A stretch of 64,000 nucleotides of DNA from a virus, in IMG/VR virus record IMGVR_UViG_3300045988_119718, positions 32,001 to 96,000 of that record; one strand, written 5' to 3'. Each line of letters begins with the position of its first letter. The first letter of the stretch is position 1. The notes beneath the pieces are model-generated. The model made no database searches. It was not told where the DNA came from and worked only from the letters and a program-made list of their open reading frames with translations. The translations under genes were made by a program, and so were the position numbers. Below, piece by piece: positions 39,329 to 48,950 of this stretch.

Positions 39329-41501
39329 AGCCTTTATAGCGTTGTACATTAGGAGGTGTAAAACTATCAAATGCTTTCATTAATTGATACAGTGATACTT
39401 TCTGGTCATTGAGAATATATCCATTAATGTCAGAATTGACAATGTATTTAGAAATTCTTTCATGACAATCTTTAAGCATATTCTGATTAAATACTGCCAT
39501 TTGAATTTCATCACCAACTAATCCATCAAGTACTAAAATATTATTCTTATTATCTACTTGAATGTACTTATTTACTTTAGCTACAACTTTCTTAATTTGA
39601 TTATACTTGTACCCATTAAGAATCATGCTATATACCAGCTCTAACAGATTTGGCTCAATAGCATAGTTCTGAGAGATAATACTCATATCAATCAAATAGT
39701 TGATATTATTGCAGAGAAGATCCACTACTTGAGTATCACTCATTTTCTTACCGGTAGAACTCTTAACGGTATTATACTTAATGAATCTTCTATATACATA
39801 CTGTACATATTCTCTCTTATCTGTAAAATAAGTAAGACTACCATTCTTATTCTTAATAGAATACAATGGTGGTACAGCCGCATATACTCTACCAGCTTCT
39901 ACAAGTGGTCTATAATAAATCAAAAACATTTTTAACAGTAAACTTCTGATATGCAAGCCATCTACATCTGCATCTCCTAAGAATATAATCTTATCGAATT
40001 TGCATTTATTAGGATCACATCTTCTACCTTCTCCACAATCAAGAATTGTATAAATAGCTTTGCATTCTTCATTCTTAAAGAAGTCTGCTTTAGAACAAGT
40101 CATAGCATTCTTTACTTTACCTCTAAGAGGCATTAAACCCTGCTTAGTAGGATCACATGCTTCACGACAAGTACTCATAGCAGAATCCCCTTCTACCAGA
40201 ATCAATTCAAGATTAGTTCTTCCAGAAGGTTTTTGATATTTAGAAGGTAATCCAGTCAATGTAGATACATTGCTTTTAAGCATTACTATCTTTTCTTTAT
40301 TTGTTTTTAAACGCAGATTGCCAACAGATTTGAAGAAATTACATAGACGCTGTAATTCATTTGAATGTGATTTGCACCATTGGTCTAGACCTACAGTCAC
40401 AAGTTCTTTAATAAATGGAATTGAATCCGTATTACTAAAGATTTCTTTAGCCTGTCCTGAAAACATTGGTTCAATATGCATAATTGCTACCGCTGCTTTA
40501 AGACCAGCTTTAATATCATTATTGATGATTGTCAAATTAGTTTTCTTATTAAGAAAAATCTTATTCATATAATTTCTAAAATAAGTACATAATGCATCAA
40601 TAAATGCTTGTGAGTGTGCAGAGTCTGCACTAATAGTCGGACACATATTAGCAAATGAATAAACAACTTCTTGTTCATCAATACCATTAGCATCATACGT
40701 GAAGGCAATATCAGCTTTCATTCTATCATTACCACCACTAAATGTAATTGGTGGAATAAGTGCTTGATATTTGTCTTTCAGTAAAAAGGTTGAGATACCA
40801 ATCTCGTTTACATACCTTTCATTAAAAACATTTTTACCACTTCTAATACCATGAAAATTAATTACAGCTCCAATTTTCATTAATGGCAATAGAGTACTAA
40901 TAAGAGCATTTACATCTTCACAAGAAGTTGTAATAGTTCCCATAATAGTTGTATCAGGAATAAATGAAACTCTAGTACCCTGCCAGTTATCTGTATTAGG
41001 GCATTTCTTTGGTTCTTTTAATATTGGTTTACCTTCTCTAAATTCAATATATCTACCTTCTGGTTTACCAGTAGGAGAGTACTGAGCACATAAATAAGAT
41101 ACACCAATAAATACTGAAGATAATGCGTTAGTAGCTTTACTACCTACACCATGTCTACCTGAACTGAATTCACCTTTCTTCTTTTTATAGTTAGATGATG
41201 TATGTTCAGAAGAAAAGATTCTTATCATATCTTTAAATGGTAAACCTCTACCATTATCCACACATGTAAATTCTTTACTATCTTCATTATAGGTAATCCA
41301 AATTTCTGTAGCTGGAGATTCCTGTTTCTCTACTTCATCCATAGAGTTCTGTAGAATCTCTCGTATCATATTGATATGACCACGATTACCTAGATAGCCA
41401 ATAAACTGAGTTGGAGTTCTTCTAACTGCATCAGAGAAATTACTTAAAGTTTTAATTTCATTGCCATATTCATTAATGGCTTTTTTAAAGTCAATACTCA
41501 A
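39329..41501 (-). CDS. Type II topoisomerase GyrB-like large subunit (T4 gp39/gp60-like), exon 1
   Basis: GHKL ATPase N-terminus. Toprim motif ILVEGDSA. Ends at ...PPNVQRYKGL, then runs into the intron (VNEA* if left unspliced). Confidence 0.8.
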
Positions 41502-41571
41502 TTCTATCTCCTCCTTTACTCAATAGTTTTCTTACATTCAAAAAATAATTTAAAGTAATTTTTGTATGCTT

Positions 41572-41605
41572 ATAAAACAAGAGTAGGATTTAAATCCTAC
41601 TCTTA
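41572..41605 (-). terminator. Rho-independent terminator
   Basis: aagagtaggatttaaatcctactctt followed by gttttat. Confidence 0.65.
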
Positions 41606-41641
41606 TCTATAAGCTAGCTTTAAATTATTTTATTTTATTTA

Positions 41642-42616
41642 TTAAGCTTCAAATTTAACTGGCTGAGTGCCTACATTAACATTGGTTGTATTTGTAGGGC
41701 CATTGTTTGCAGCTGGTGCAGTGGTTGGCTGTACAGCTACTCCGCTACCAATCGGGTTAGCTGCTGCGGAATAAGCTGGAGCTGCCTGCTGAACTGCTGG
41801 ATTATATCCCTGCTGCTGGAAGGACTGAACAGGTGGCTGCTGATACTGAATCTGTCCCTGAGCCTGAGTTGGCTGAGGATAGCCATAAGCTGGAGCCTGA
41901 GTCATACCTGGAATACCCTGCATACCACCCTGCGGATACATCGGCTGATTCTGCTGCATCTGAGGATTCATTACAGGAGTTGGCTGCTGGAATCCCTGAT
42001 TGTAATATGGCTGTGCCTGATAACCGCCCATATTATAACCATAACCACCATTATCAAATCCTGGAATACCTGCACCAGCGGTAAGATTCATATAAGTGCT
42101 CGACGGAGCATAGTAATTGTTTCCATAGAATTCATTACCCTGCGGCATAGCGGACTTCATATAATTACCGGCTACTCTAAACATATGCGGAAGCTGTTTA
42201 ATAATATTGATTACTGGATAAACACCTGCAAGTTCTGGAGTTGCCTGACCATAATAAGTCTTAATAGACTGAAGTACATCATTAACTTTTTCGCAAGCAG
42301 TATCTACTGCCTGAGTTTCTTCCGGATCTACAAGTGTAAATTCTTCACCACAGATATCACATTTAAATCTACCATCACCGATTGGATGTGCAGTAATCTG
42401 ACCTTTCTGTTTATGGGTGCAGATTGCTCTTAGATTTTCTTCATCGGTTGGAGCTTTAAAGAAATATGTAGATGGCTGACCACCTTTCTGACGAAGGCGT
42501 GCAATCTGTTCATCATTAAGCAGATTGTTCATTTCCATTACTGGCTGCTGCATTGGCTGCATCGGGTTATTAATAGCACCGAATGCTGGATTAAATCCGT
42601 TGTTGAACTGGTTCAT
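41642..42616 (-). CDS. Zinc-ribbon protein with Q/P/G/Y-rich prion-like low-complexity N- and C-terminal regions (324 aa)
   Basis: CTHKQKGQITAH...CDICGEEF motif flanked by long Gln/Pro/Gly/Tyr-rich segments. High G+C caused by the composition. Confidence 0.55.
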   Translation of the reverse strand: MNQFNNGFNPAFGAINNPMQPMQQPVMEMNNLLNDEQIARLRQKGGQPSTYFFKAPTDEENLRAICTHKQKGQITAHPIGDGRFKCDICGEEFTLVDPEETQAVDTACEKVNDVLQSIKTYYGQATPELAGVYPVINIIKQLPHMFRVAGNYMKSAMPQGNEFYGNNYYAPSSTYMNLTAGAGIPGFDNGGYGYNMGGYQAQPYYNQGFQQPTPVMNPQMQQNQPMYPQGGMQGIPGMTQAPAYGYPQPTQAQGQIQYQQPPVQSFQQQGYNPAVQQAAPAYSAAANPIGSGVAVQPTTAPAANNGPTNTTNVNVGTQPVKFEA

Positions 42617-42726
42617 AGTTATTTCCTCCTAAGAAATTAAAATAATAAAATATGTATAAAATATTTTGAGTTTATATCAAACTCATTAATATATTATATC
42701 GTTGATTTTTCATTTAAACTTTAAAA

Positions 42727-43221
42727 TTATTTGTACGGGTATTGCTGTCTATCATTATAGTTAGAATCTCTAGATGCGTTAGTGTTATTAATGTAGTTAT
42801 TAATAATTAATGCTTTCAATCTATCATCAAGTTCTTTCTTTTCTCCATCATGATAGTTATATGCTTTAAATGAACTAAAGTTATTAAGCAGTTTTCTAAT
42901 AGCTTCTTCATTCAGGCACATTTTAATTTCCTGAATTTCGCCATAATCAAATGCGGAAATGCAAGCTGGTACATTTACTTTAGATCTACCAATCATAGAT
43001 GGTACAGTATTTCTAAGCTGATTAAAATGGAAGTAATAGCAAATACCATTTTCATCATCCCAAAATAATTCTTGATTTCTTTCATCTACCCATGCATCAT
43101 TATCCAATTTAAGAATAATATTAATAGAGTATTCTTTTTTATCTTCAGAGCTAACCAGCTTGATAGATTTAAAAAGGTCTCTAATATGAATAACTGTTTC
43201 TTTTTCCATTTCGCACCTCAT
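42727..43221 (-). CDS. Hypothetical protein (164 aa)
   Basis: ORF. Confidence 0.45.
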   Translation of the reverse strand: MRCEMEKETVIHIRDLFKSIKLVSSEDKKEYSINIILKLDNDAWVDERNQELFWDDENGICYYFHFNQLRNTVPSMIGRSKVNVPACISAFDYGEIQEIKMCLNEEAIRKLLNNFSSFKAYNYHDGEKKELDDRLKALIINNYINNTNASRDSNYNDRQQYPYK

Positions 43222-43225
43222 TTAT

Positions 43226-43281
43226 CAAAAAAAAACAACTATAATGAGATTAGACATATAATCTAATTACACTATAGTTGT
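43226..43281 (-). terminator. Rho-independent terminator (long imperfect hairpin + T9)
   Basis: caactataatgagattagacatataatctaattacactatagttg followed by a T9 run on the minus strand. Confidence 0.7.
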
Positions 43282-43296
43282 TTGTATAATCAAATA

Positions 43297-43785
43297 CTAA
43301 ATCAAATATACATCACCAAATTTAATCTTAGAAGGAATACTCTTCAAAATATTAAAATCTGGTGTTCCAAATTCAGAAGACTGATAAAACAATTCAATAT
43401 CTCTATAGAGATAATCATAAACACTACGAGATCTAATCAGTTCATCTGTTTCTTGAACTACTAACTGATCTTGACTGCCATGCCTATTGATATAATCTTT
43501 AAATACTTCAGAATACATAATTCTTCTATTATATTCCTGAAGTACTGCATTATACATCATATAGACAAACGCTTTAGTGAAATACTGTGCAGTCTTCTCA
43601 TAATTAACTGTTCCTTTAGCGATATCTTTCATTAAGAGATGAATGATGTCTTTCTTTAGTGTTCTTACTGATTTAGGATCACTTACAGTAAACAGATAAT
43701 TCTGTGGATAACCAATCAAATACTTATCAAAGAATCTACTTCCTTGTTTTTTCTTAGATGGCTTCTTAATATTATCTCTATGCAT
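43297..43785 (-). CDS. Hypothetical protein (162 aa)
   Basis: ORF. Confidence 0.45.
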   Translation of the reverse strand: MHRDNIKKPSKKKQGSRFFDKYLIGYPQNYLFTVSDPKSVRTLKKDIIHLLMKDIAKGTVNYEKTAQYFTKAFVYMMYNAVLQEYNRRIMYSEVFKDYINRHGSQDQLVVQETDELIRSRSVYDYLYRDIELFYQSSEFGTPDFNILKSIPSKIKFGDVYLI

Positions 43786-43790
43786 TTATA

Positions 43791-44264
43791 TCACTCCTCA
43801 TTCTTTAACTGAAAGAAATTCTTATGCTGAATATCTGCAATAAAGAATTTATCTAAATCTTCTATAGAATCAATACCTTGGTAAGACATATCATCTTGAT
43901 ACTTATCTTCACCAAAGATGTAATCATTAAAATCATCGAGGTTTTCAATACCCCAATTTTCCAGAGTAATATCTTCTGACTCTAAGAATCTTCTGATAAA
44001 AGTATATACAGAAATACTCTTATTCATATTTACTTTTTCAGATAAGATATTAGACTTAAAGAAATTATAATACCCATTTTCTTTCAAGATATCATAGATA
44101 GCATCTACTACTGCTTGTCTACCTTTAATCAATTCCCATGTATTCACAGGATTACCACTATCATCTTCTGTTACATGAAGAACGAGATAATTCATCTCGG
44201 TATTACTTTCTACAGAGCTATTAGCACGGCTAATAACTGATCTCATTTTACTTGCAACTAACAT
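43791..44264 (-). CDS. Hypothetical protein (157 aa)
   Basis: ORF, 5 nt from the neighbouring gene. Confidence 0.45.
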   Translation of the reverse strand: MLVASKMRSVISRANSSVESNTEMNYLVLHVTEDDSGNPVNTWELIKGRQAVVDAIYDILKENGYYNFFKSNILSEKVNMNKSISVYTFIRRFLESEDITLENWGIENLDDFNDYIFGEDKYQDDMSYQGIDSIEDLDKFFIADIQHKNFFQLKNEE

Positions 44265-44287
44265 TTTATTCCTCCTCTTTCTAAACT

Positions 44288-44325
44288 AAATAAAAACATA
44301 TTGAGAGCTATTTACTCTCAATATG
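44288..44325 (-). terminator. Rho-independent terminator
   Basis: atattgagagctatttactctcaatat followed by gtttttat. Confidence 0.65.
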
Positions 44326-44338
44326 ATAATATATAATT

Positions 44339-45547
44339 TTAAAAGAATTTATTTTTACGAAGTACAAATATACAATTATCTGAGAATCTAGTAATACCTA
44401 CATAGTCTAAGTTCTTAGTAATATCTCTTCTCATATATTCAGCAATATATATACCTTTTCTATATTGAGAACCTTGAGATAGATGTGTGGTAATAGCATA
44501 CCCTAGTTCAAATAAATTACCAATTATACCATGTTTACGTCTATAAGATGGGCTTTGCCTAATCAAATCTTTTTTATCTTTATTTGCATTAAAGAAGTTA
44601 TAGCTGCATAGTACATCTACAAACTCCATATCAAACATAGTAGGTTTAAAGTCTATCTTAAACCCATTACCTTTACTAACCAAAGAATGCAGTGATGGAT
44701 AATTTACTACTTCTCCACATAAGCCATTAGCCATACTAATACCATCTACTTCATACTCCCAATTATTCTTTCTACAGATTATTTTTTCTCCATGGCTAGG
44801 AAGTTTTTGTTTTGGGTCTATACCATTTAATTCTCTACATCTATCATTGTAAACTGTTCTAGTCTTATTTAACCCACAAAGAATAATATCTGATTCTTTA
44901 ATCATATCATCAGTAATATCATTTGGAGTAATTACTGTAGCATTACCATAGTTACCCTCTTTAATAGTATGACCTTTTAAAATTTCATTAGCTAAATATA
45001 CTATACCAGACCCTTCATTCTGTCTCATAATCTTAGTAAGAGTATGTATATCCCCAGAATATAGAAATGCTGGAGAATCAGATACTGGTGGTAATTGATT
45101 TAAATCTCCTAAAGCTATAATCTTCTTATGAGAATCTAAAATTACATTTCTCATTTTCATAGGTACTGTTCCAGCTTCATCTATACAGACCAGTCTAATA
45201 CCCTCTGGTATTTCTTTTGGAACAAATATAGTTTTTGTTTCATATCTATCCAGATATGCATTATATCTGTCTAAATCTGGAACTTCTATAGCTTTATAGA
45301 ACCATGAATGAATGGTTTTAGAATTATAAAAACCTTTAGTACGTAATACAATAGCAGCAGCTCCTGTATAAGCCATAGGAGCTACTTCTTCTTGTGCTAA
45401 TTTTAACCTATTAATGATTTCTTTAAGTACAGTAGTTTTACCTGTACCAGCTGAACCACTAATTTGAAATACTTGTTCACTAGAATTATTATACCAATCT
45501 ATTGCTTCGGATATCAACTTCTCTTGCTCATCGTTGAATAAAATCAT
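44339..45547 (-). CDS. dda: SF1B DNA helicase, Dda/RecD/Pif1-like
   Basis: Walker A GSAGTGKTT. Walker B LVCIDEAG. C-terminal motif AITTHLSQGSQY (Dda AITVHKSQGSEF-like). Confidence 0.75.
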   Translation of the reverse strand: MILFNDEQEKLISEAIDWYNNSSEQVFQISGSAGTGKTTVLKEIINRLKLAQEEVAPMAYTGAAAIVLRTKGFYNSKTIHSWFYKAIEVPDLDRYNAYLDRYETKTIFVPKEIPEGIRLVCIDEAGTVPMKMRNVILDSHKKIIALGDLNQLPPVSDSPAFLYSGDIHTLTKIMRQNEGSGIVYLANEILKGHTIKEGNYGNATVITPNDITDDMIKESDIILCGLNKTRTVYNDRCRELNGIDPKQKLPSHGEKIICRKNNWEYEVDGISMANGLCGEVVNYPSLHSLVSKGNGFKIDFKPTMFDMEFVDVLCSYNFFNANKDKKDLIRQSPSYRRKHGIIGNLFELGYAITTHLSQGSQYRKGIYIAEYMRRDITKNLDYVGITRFSDNCIFVLRKNKFF

Positions 45548-45556
45548 AATAGTACC

Positions 45557-46231
45557 TCACAAACGTTTAATAACAGTTCTAAGCTTAATATGATTCTTCT
45601 TACTCAATTCTTCTTCATGGATAGACATTTCTTTATTATAGAAAACATCGAATGGAACCATATCTATACTTTTAATTTCCTCACTATAAAAATCATACGG
45701 CAGAGAGTTATCGAATATCATAATCATATCGTAATACTTTAAGCAGTCTCTAATATAATCATGACCAGTAATACTTAACATAGTTTGATTAAATGATGGG
45801 ATATCAATATACTTATTCATATCTGCATCTCTAAACAATCTAATTTCAGAATGACCGATACAATTCATCTTGTTATTGGTAATAAACATATTTAAGAAAT
45901 CATTATTAATATCAATTTCTTTAATATTAACCAAGTACCATTGTAAACAATAGAGCATTAAAGCCATATTATTATATGGGTCAAATAATCTAATCTCAGG
46001 ATTTTCTTCTGTAATAGCAATCCCTCTTTCAGTAAATTCTACATATCTATATCCATTATATGTAAAAGATTCTGGTGATTTAGTAATAGGGTCTAATATT
46101 CCAGGAGCATAGATAAATCCTTCTGGAGTAATACCTAACTGTAAATCTCTAATAATCATATTAGAAAATTTAATAGAATTTTTAAGTTTCATTTCTTCAT
46201 ATTGCATCTTAATTTTATCACTGAATTTCAT
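45557..46231 (-). CDS. Hypothetical protein (224 aa)
   Basis: ORF. Confidence 0.45.
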   Translation of the reverse strand: MKFSDKIKMQYEEMKLKNSIKFSNMIIRDLQLGITPEGFIYAPGILDPITKSPESFTYNGYRYVEFTERGIAITEENPEIRLFDPYNNMALMLYCLQWYLVNIKEIDINNDFLNMFITNNKMNCIGHSEIRLFRDADMNKYIDIPSFNQTMLSITGHDYIRDCLKYYDMIMIFDNSLPYDFYSEEIKSIDMVPFDVFYNKEMSIHEEELSKKNHIKLRTVIKRL

Positions 46232-46308
46232 AATGTTTATTCCTCCTTAAAAAACACTACTATAATAAAATACGTCATAATTATAATATACAATTTGAGG
46301 TGATATTA

Positions 46309-46677
46309 ATGATTAATAACCCTAATGTACAAGATACCGAGATAGCTATCTTACTGACTACTTGCAATAAGTATGAACCAGGAGAACAAGTTTTTAGAAT
46401 GCAGTCTTTAACTGGGTTAAAAGATAATACTAATAATATAAGTAGAATTAGTTTAAGTAAAACTAATATCTTAAATAAGAATACTGGTAATCTACCTCTA
46501 GGAGATGTAGGTATAGCATCTGCAATAAAGCTTAAAGTTCCTGTAGAAGTTTCAAGACGATACCCTCTTAAATTTATACCTCCTGGAACTAGATTCATAG
46601 TAAGTTTTACAAGTAGTGATATTACTAAACCAGTTATTATAGGAGGAGAATTCTATGGCAACGACAGTAATAGTTGA
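46309..46677 (+). CDS. Hypothetical protein (~122 aa)
   Basis: Start placed at the ATG 5 nt after GAGGTGA. The antisense ORF 46281..46598 is rejected. Confidence 0.45.
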   Translation: MINNPNVQDTEIAILLTTCNKYEPGEQVFRMQSLTGLKDNTNNISRISLSKTNILNKNTGNLPLGDVGIASAIKLKVPVEVSRRYPLKFIPPGTRFIVSFTSSDITKPVIIGGEFYGNDSNS

Positions 46678-47101
46678 TGGTTCTACCAATCCAATGTATT
46701 CTCATACATTAGATGAATTTAAAGCTGCATATAATAACCGAAGTGTAGTACCGATTTATGAAAGCTTTTGTTATCAAGAACAGTCAGGTGGAATAAAATA
46801 TGTAGTGAAAGATGTACTAGACGATTATATGTATGAGCTAAAGAAGTTAGCTATAAATATAGAATTAACTAATGATGAATTAGTTAAGTACAATTATAAA
46901 CCAAAACTGTTATCTGCTGATATATATGGTTTGACAGATTTCTATTATTTGATATTATTACTAAATGGGATATGTAATGTAAAAGAATTCCATAATATCA
47001 ATCCATTAAAACTCATACCAGCTGATACTTTAGGGAACTATTTATCATCTATACTAACAAATGAATCTAAAAATATAAAAAGATTTAATTCTTATCATTA
47101 A
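46655..47101 (+). CDS. Hypothetical protein (148 aa)
   Basis: ORF overlapping the upstream gene by 23 nt. Followed by a terminator. Confidence 0.45.
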   Translation: MATTVIVDGSTNPMYSHTLDEFKAAYNNRSVVPIYESFCYQEQSGGIKYVVKDVLDDYMYELKKLAINIELTNDELVKYNYKPKLLSADIYGLTDFYYLILLLNGICNVKEFHNINPLKLIPADTLGNYLSSILTNESKNIKRFNSYH

Positions 47102-47112
47102 AATCCAAATTA

Positions 47113-47155
47113 TTACAAGATAGCTATATAGCTATCTTGTAATATAATGTTTTGA
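47113..47155. terminator. Bidirectional terminator between convergent genes (13-bp perfect palindrome)
   Basis: ttacaagatagctatatagctatcttgtaa followed by tataatgttttgag. Confidence 0.7.
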
Positions 47156-47160
47156 GATAA

Positions 47161-48750
47161 TTAGAATTCGATAGAATCTACACAGTCGTATTTCTTATTC
47201 TTAAGAATCTTAACAAGAGCTTTAAATGGATCAAGCTCATTATTTACTACCATATTCACCATGCTACTAGAGAAACCAGATAACAAAGTTACTCCATTCT
47301 CATTAGTTCTCAAAGGAACATTCTGATCAGCGTAAATAGAAGTATTCCAGAAAATCAGTTTAGGCATCTTATAACCATGTTTTTCATATTTTTCAATGAG
47401 GTATTCAAACAAAGATTGATCTGGTGTAGCACCACATGCATAATCAAATTGCATATCAGATACGATAACAATTCTTTCTGGCATATCTTCTTGTGCAATC
47501 TTATTCTTAATAGCAGTATTAAGAATCAGATTGAATACTTTTTCGATATTAGTATTACCACAATCGTCATATTCACCCAGAATCTTAAGCTTAGCACAAA
47601 GATGATCAGTAGAAGTAGTCAAATCTACAATCTTTGGTTTGCTAGAGAATGTAATGAATTTGTTTTTGAATTCACCAGTATTAAACTGAGACAAGAAGAT
47701 ACAAATAGAATCCCCAATATCCATCGAAGTGAGAGAAGAACTATGTGAAATACAGTTTACCATAGAATAAGAACCATCTCTTACTACGAGAGTATTAGAC
47801 AGCTTCGCTGGAGTTGGCAGATTCTTCCACAGTTGTTCAAGAGAATCATCTTTAGTAACATTAAACCCGTGAGACATATCGCAATGTTCTCTGTATTTAT
47901 GAATGATATCATACATAAACAAAGTACCAGCATTAATAGTAGTTTTACCTTCTTTAAGTTTAGAAAGATAATCTTTTCTACGCTCAGTATCATGCCGTAA
48001 AAATGCATCTTTATACTTCAAGTTGGCATAGCTAGGAACACGTTCATATTCAATTTCTTTCCAGTTATTAGCACTAGTGTCTACTTCTACCACTTTACTA
48101 TGCTTTCTCAAAATAGAAAGCATTTTTCGATACTGTTTACTAGAGAGTTTAAATTCATTAGCAATCCAATTAGCAATCAATTTAGTTTTCTTAGAAGAAG
48201 TATTAATAGAAGGCATCCATTTACCAAGTAATGAGATATGGCAATCCTCATCCAAACTTGTTGCTTTAGCACATTTCTTAATATCTTCATTAAGCTGCTT
48301 AGTAATAATAAACTTAATGCAATCTGTAATTTCTTTAGACGTATCTTTCAATGCATACCAAATATAGATTAAGTCATCCCATCTACCAAAATCATTTTGG
48401 ATATTGCATTTCTCAATAATTTCAAGAGCTACTTTTGGATATTTCATAGCAAAATCTACGAATAAAACTCTAAATGAGTTTCTTTCACCAGCACCATTCT
48501 TAATGTCTCTCAGATAAAGCAACCATCTAATAGCCAAGTTTTTATCTTCACTATATGCTTTAGTAAAAGTATTTTCAAACTTATAAGGATTATTTCTCAA
48601 AGATGGAATATTATAATTCAAATCCAAAAGATATTCTCCAGTTGAAGCATAAGTGGTAGCACCATTTGCAGTAGTGGTTACTTCATTTAAAGTTTCTTTG
48701 TCCATCAGTTTCATAATATCAGTCATGATTCTCCTCCTAAATAAATACAT
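47161..48750 (-). CDS. Ro60-like protein (TROVE-like N-terminal region + von Willebrand A domain)
   Basis: MIDAS motif LVVRDGSYSM (DxSxS) and IVIVSDMQFD block. Both arrangement and several segments parallel Ro60/Rsr (LLAVDVSASM, FIVFTDNETF). Confidence 0.45.
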   Translation of the reverse strand: MYLFRRRIMTDIMKLMDKETLNEVTTTANGATTYASTGEYLLDLNYNIPSLRNNPYKFENTFTKAYSEDKNLAIRWLLYLRDIKNGAGERNSFRVLFVDFAMKYPKVALEIIEKCNIQNDFGRWDDLIYIWYALKDTSKEITDCIKFIITKQLNEDIKKCAKATSLDEDCHISLLGKWMPSINTSSKKTKLIANWIANEFKLSSKQYRKMLSILRKHSKVVEVDTSANNWKEIEYERVPSYANLKYKDAFLRHDTERRKDYLSKLKEGKTTINAGTLFMYDIIHKYREHCDMSHGFNVTKDDSLEQLWKNLPTPAKLSNTLVVRDGSYSMVNCISHSSSLTSMDIGDSICIFLSQFNTGEFKNKFITFSSKPKIVDLTTSTDHLCAKLKILGEYDDCGNTNIEKVFNLILNTAIKNKIAQEDMPERIVIVSDMQFDYACGATPDQSLFEYLIEKYEKHGYKMPKLIFWNTSIYADQNVPLRTNENGVTLLSGFSSSMVNMVVNNELDPFKALVKILKNKKYDCVDSIEF

Positions 48751-48950
48751 TACTTATTACGTCTATTCCATTTTAACTTTTCAAAATTTTTAAATAGGTT
48801 TATAGAGTCTGTAAACTTAGGTACAGACTCTAAACCACATTTATCGCATTTGAAAGAGTATAATTTATTGGTTTCATCATAAATGATTTTTAAAAAAGAA
48901 TGCTTATTGCATATAGGACATTTTATATTCTTTAACTTAATCTCTATCAT
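48750..48950 (-). CDS. Small zinc-ribbon protein (66 aa)
   Basis: CPICN...CDKCG. Translationally coupled between the helicase and Ro60-like genes. Confidence 0.45.
   Translation of the reverse strand: MIEIKLKNIKCPICNKHSFLKIIYDETNKLYSFKCDKCGLESVPKFTDSINLFKNFEKLKWNRRNK

Noticed and set aside
38835-41501. T4 gene-60-style translational bypass or programmed frameshift as explanation for the split topoisomerase gene
   Set aside because: The gap is ~318 nt, versus 50 nt in T4. The exon-2 frame is separated from the exon-1 stop by an ORF-free structured region. The U/G boundary nucleotides and an internal guide fit a group I intron better. A group II intron is also rejected because the element is too short, lacks GUGYG...AY ends, and has no IEP ORF.
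46281-46598. Minus-strand 105-aa ORF overlapping the plus-strand gene 46309..46677
   Set aside because: No RBS. Hydrophobic low-complexity translation. The plus-strand gene has GAGGTGA-ATG and continues into an overlapping downstream gene.
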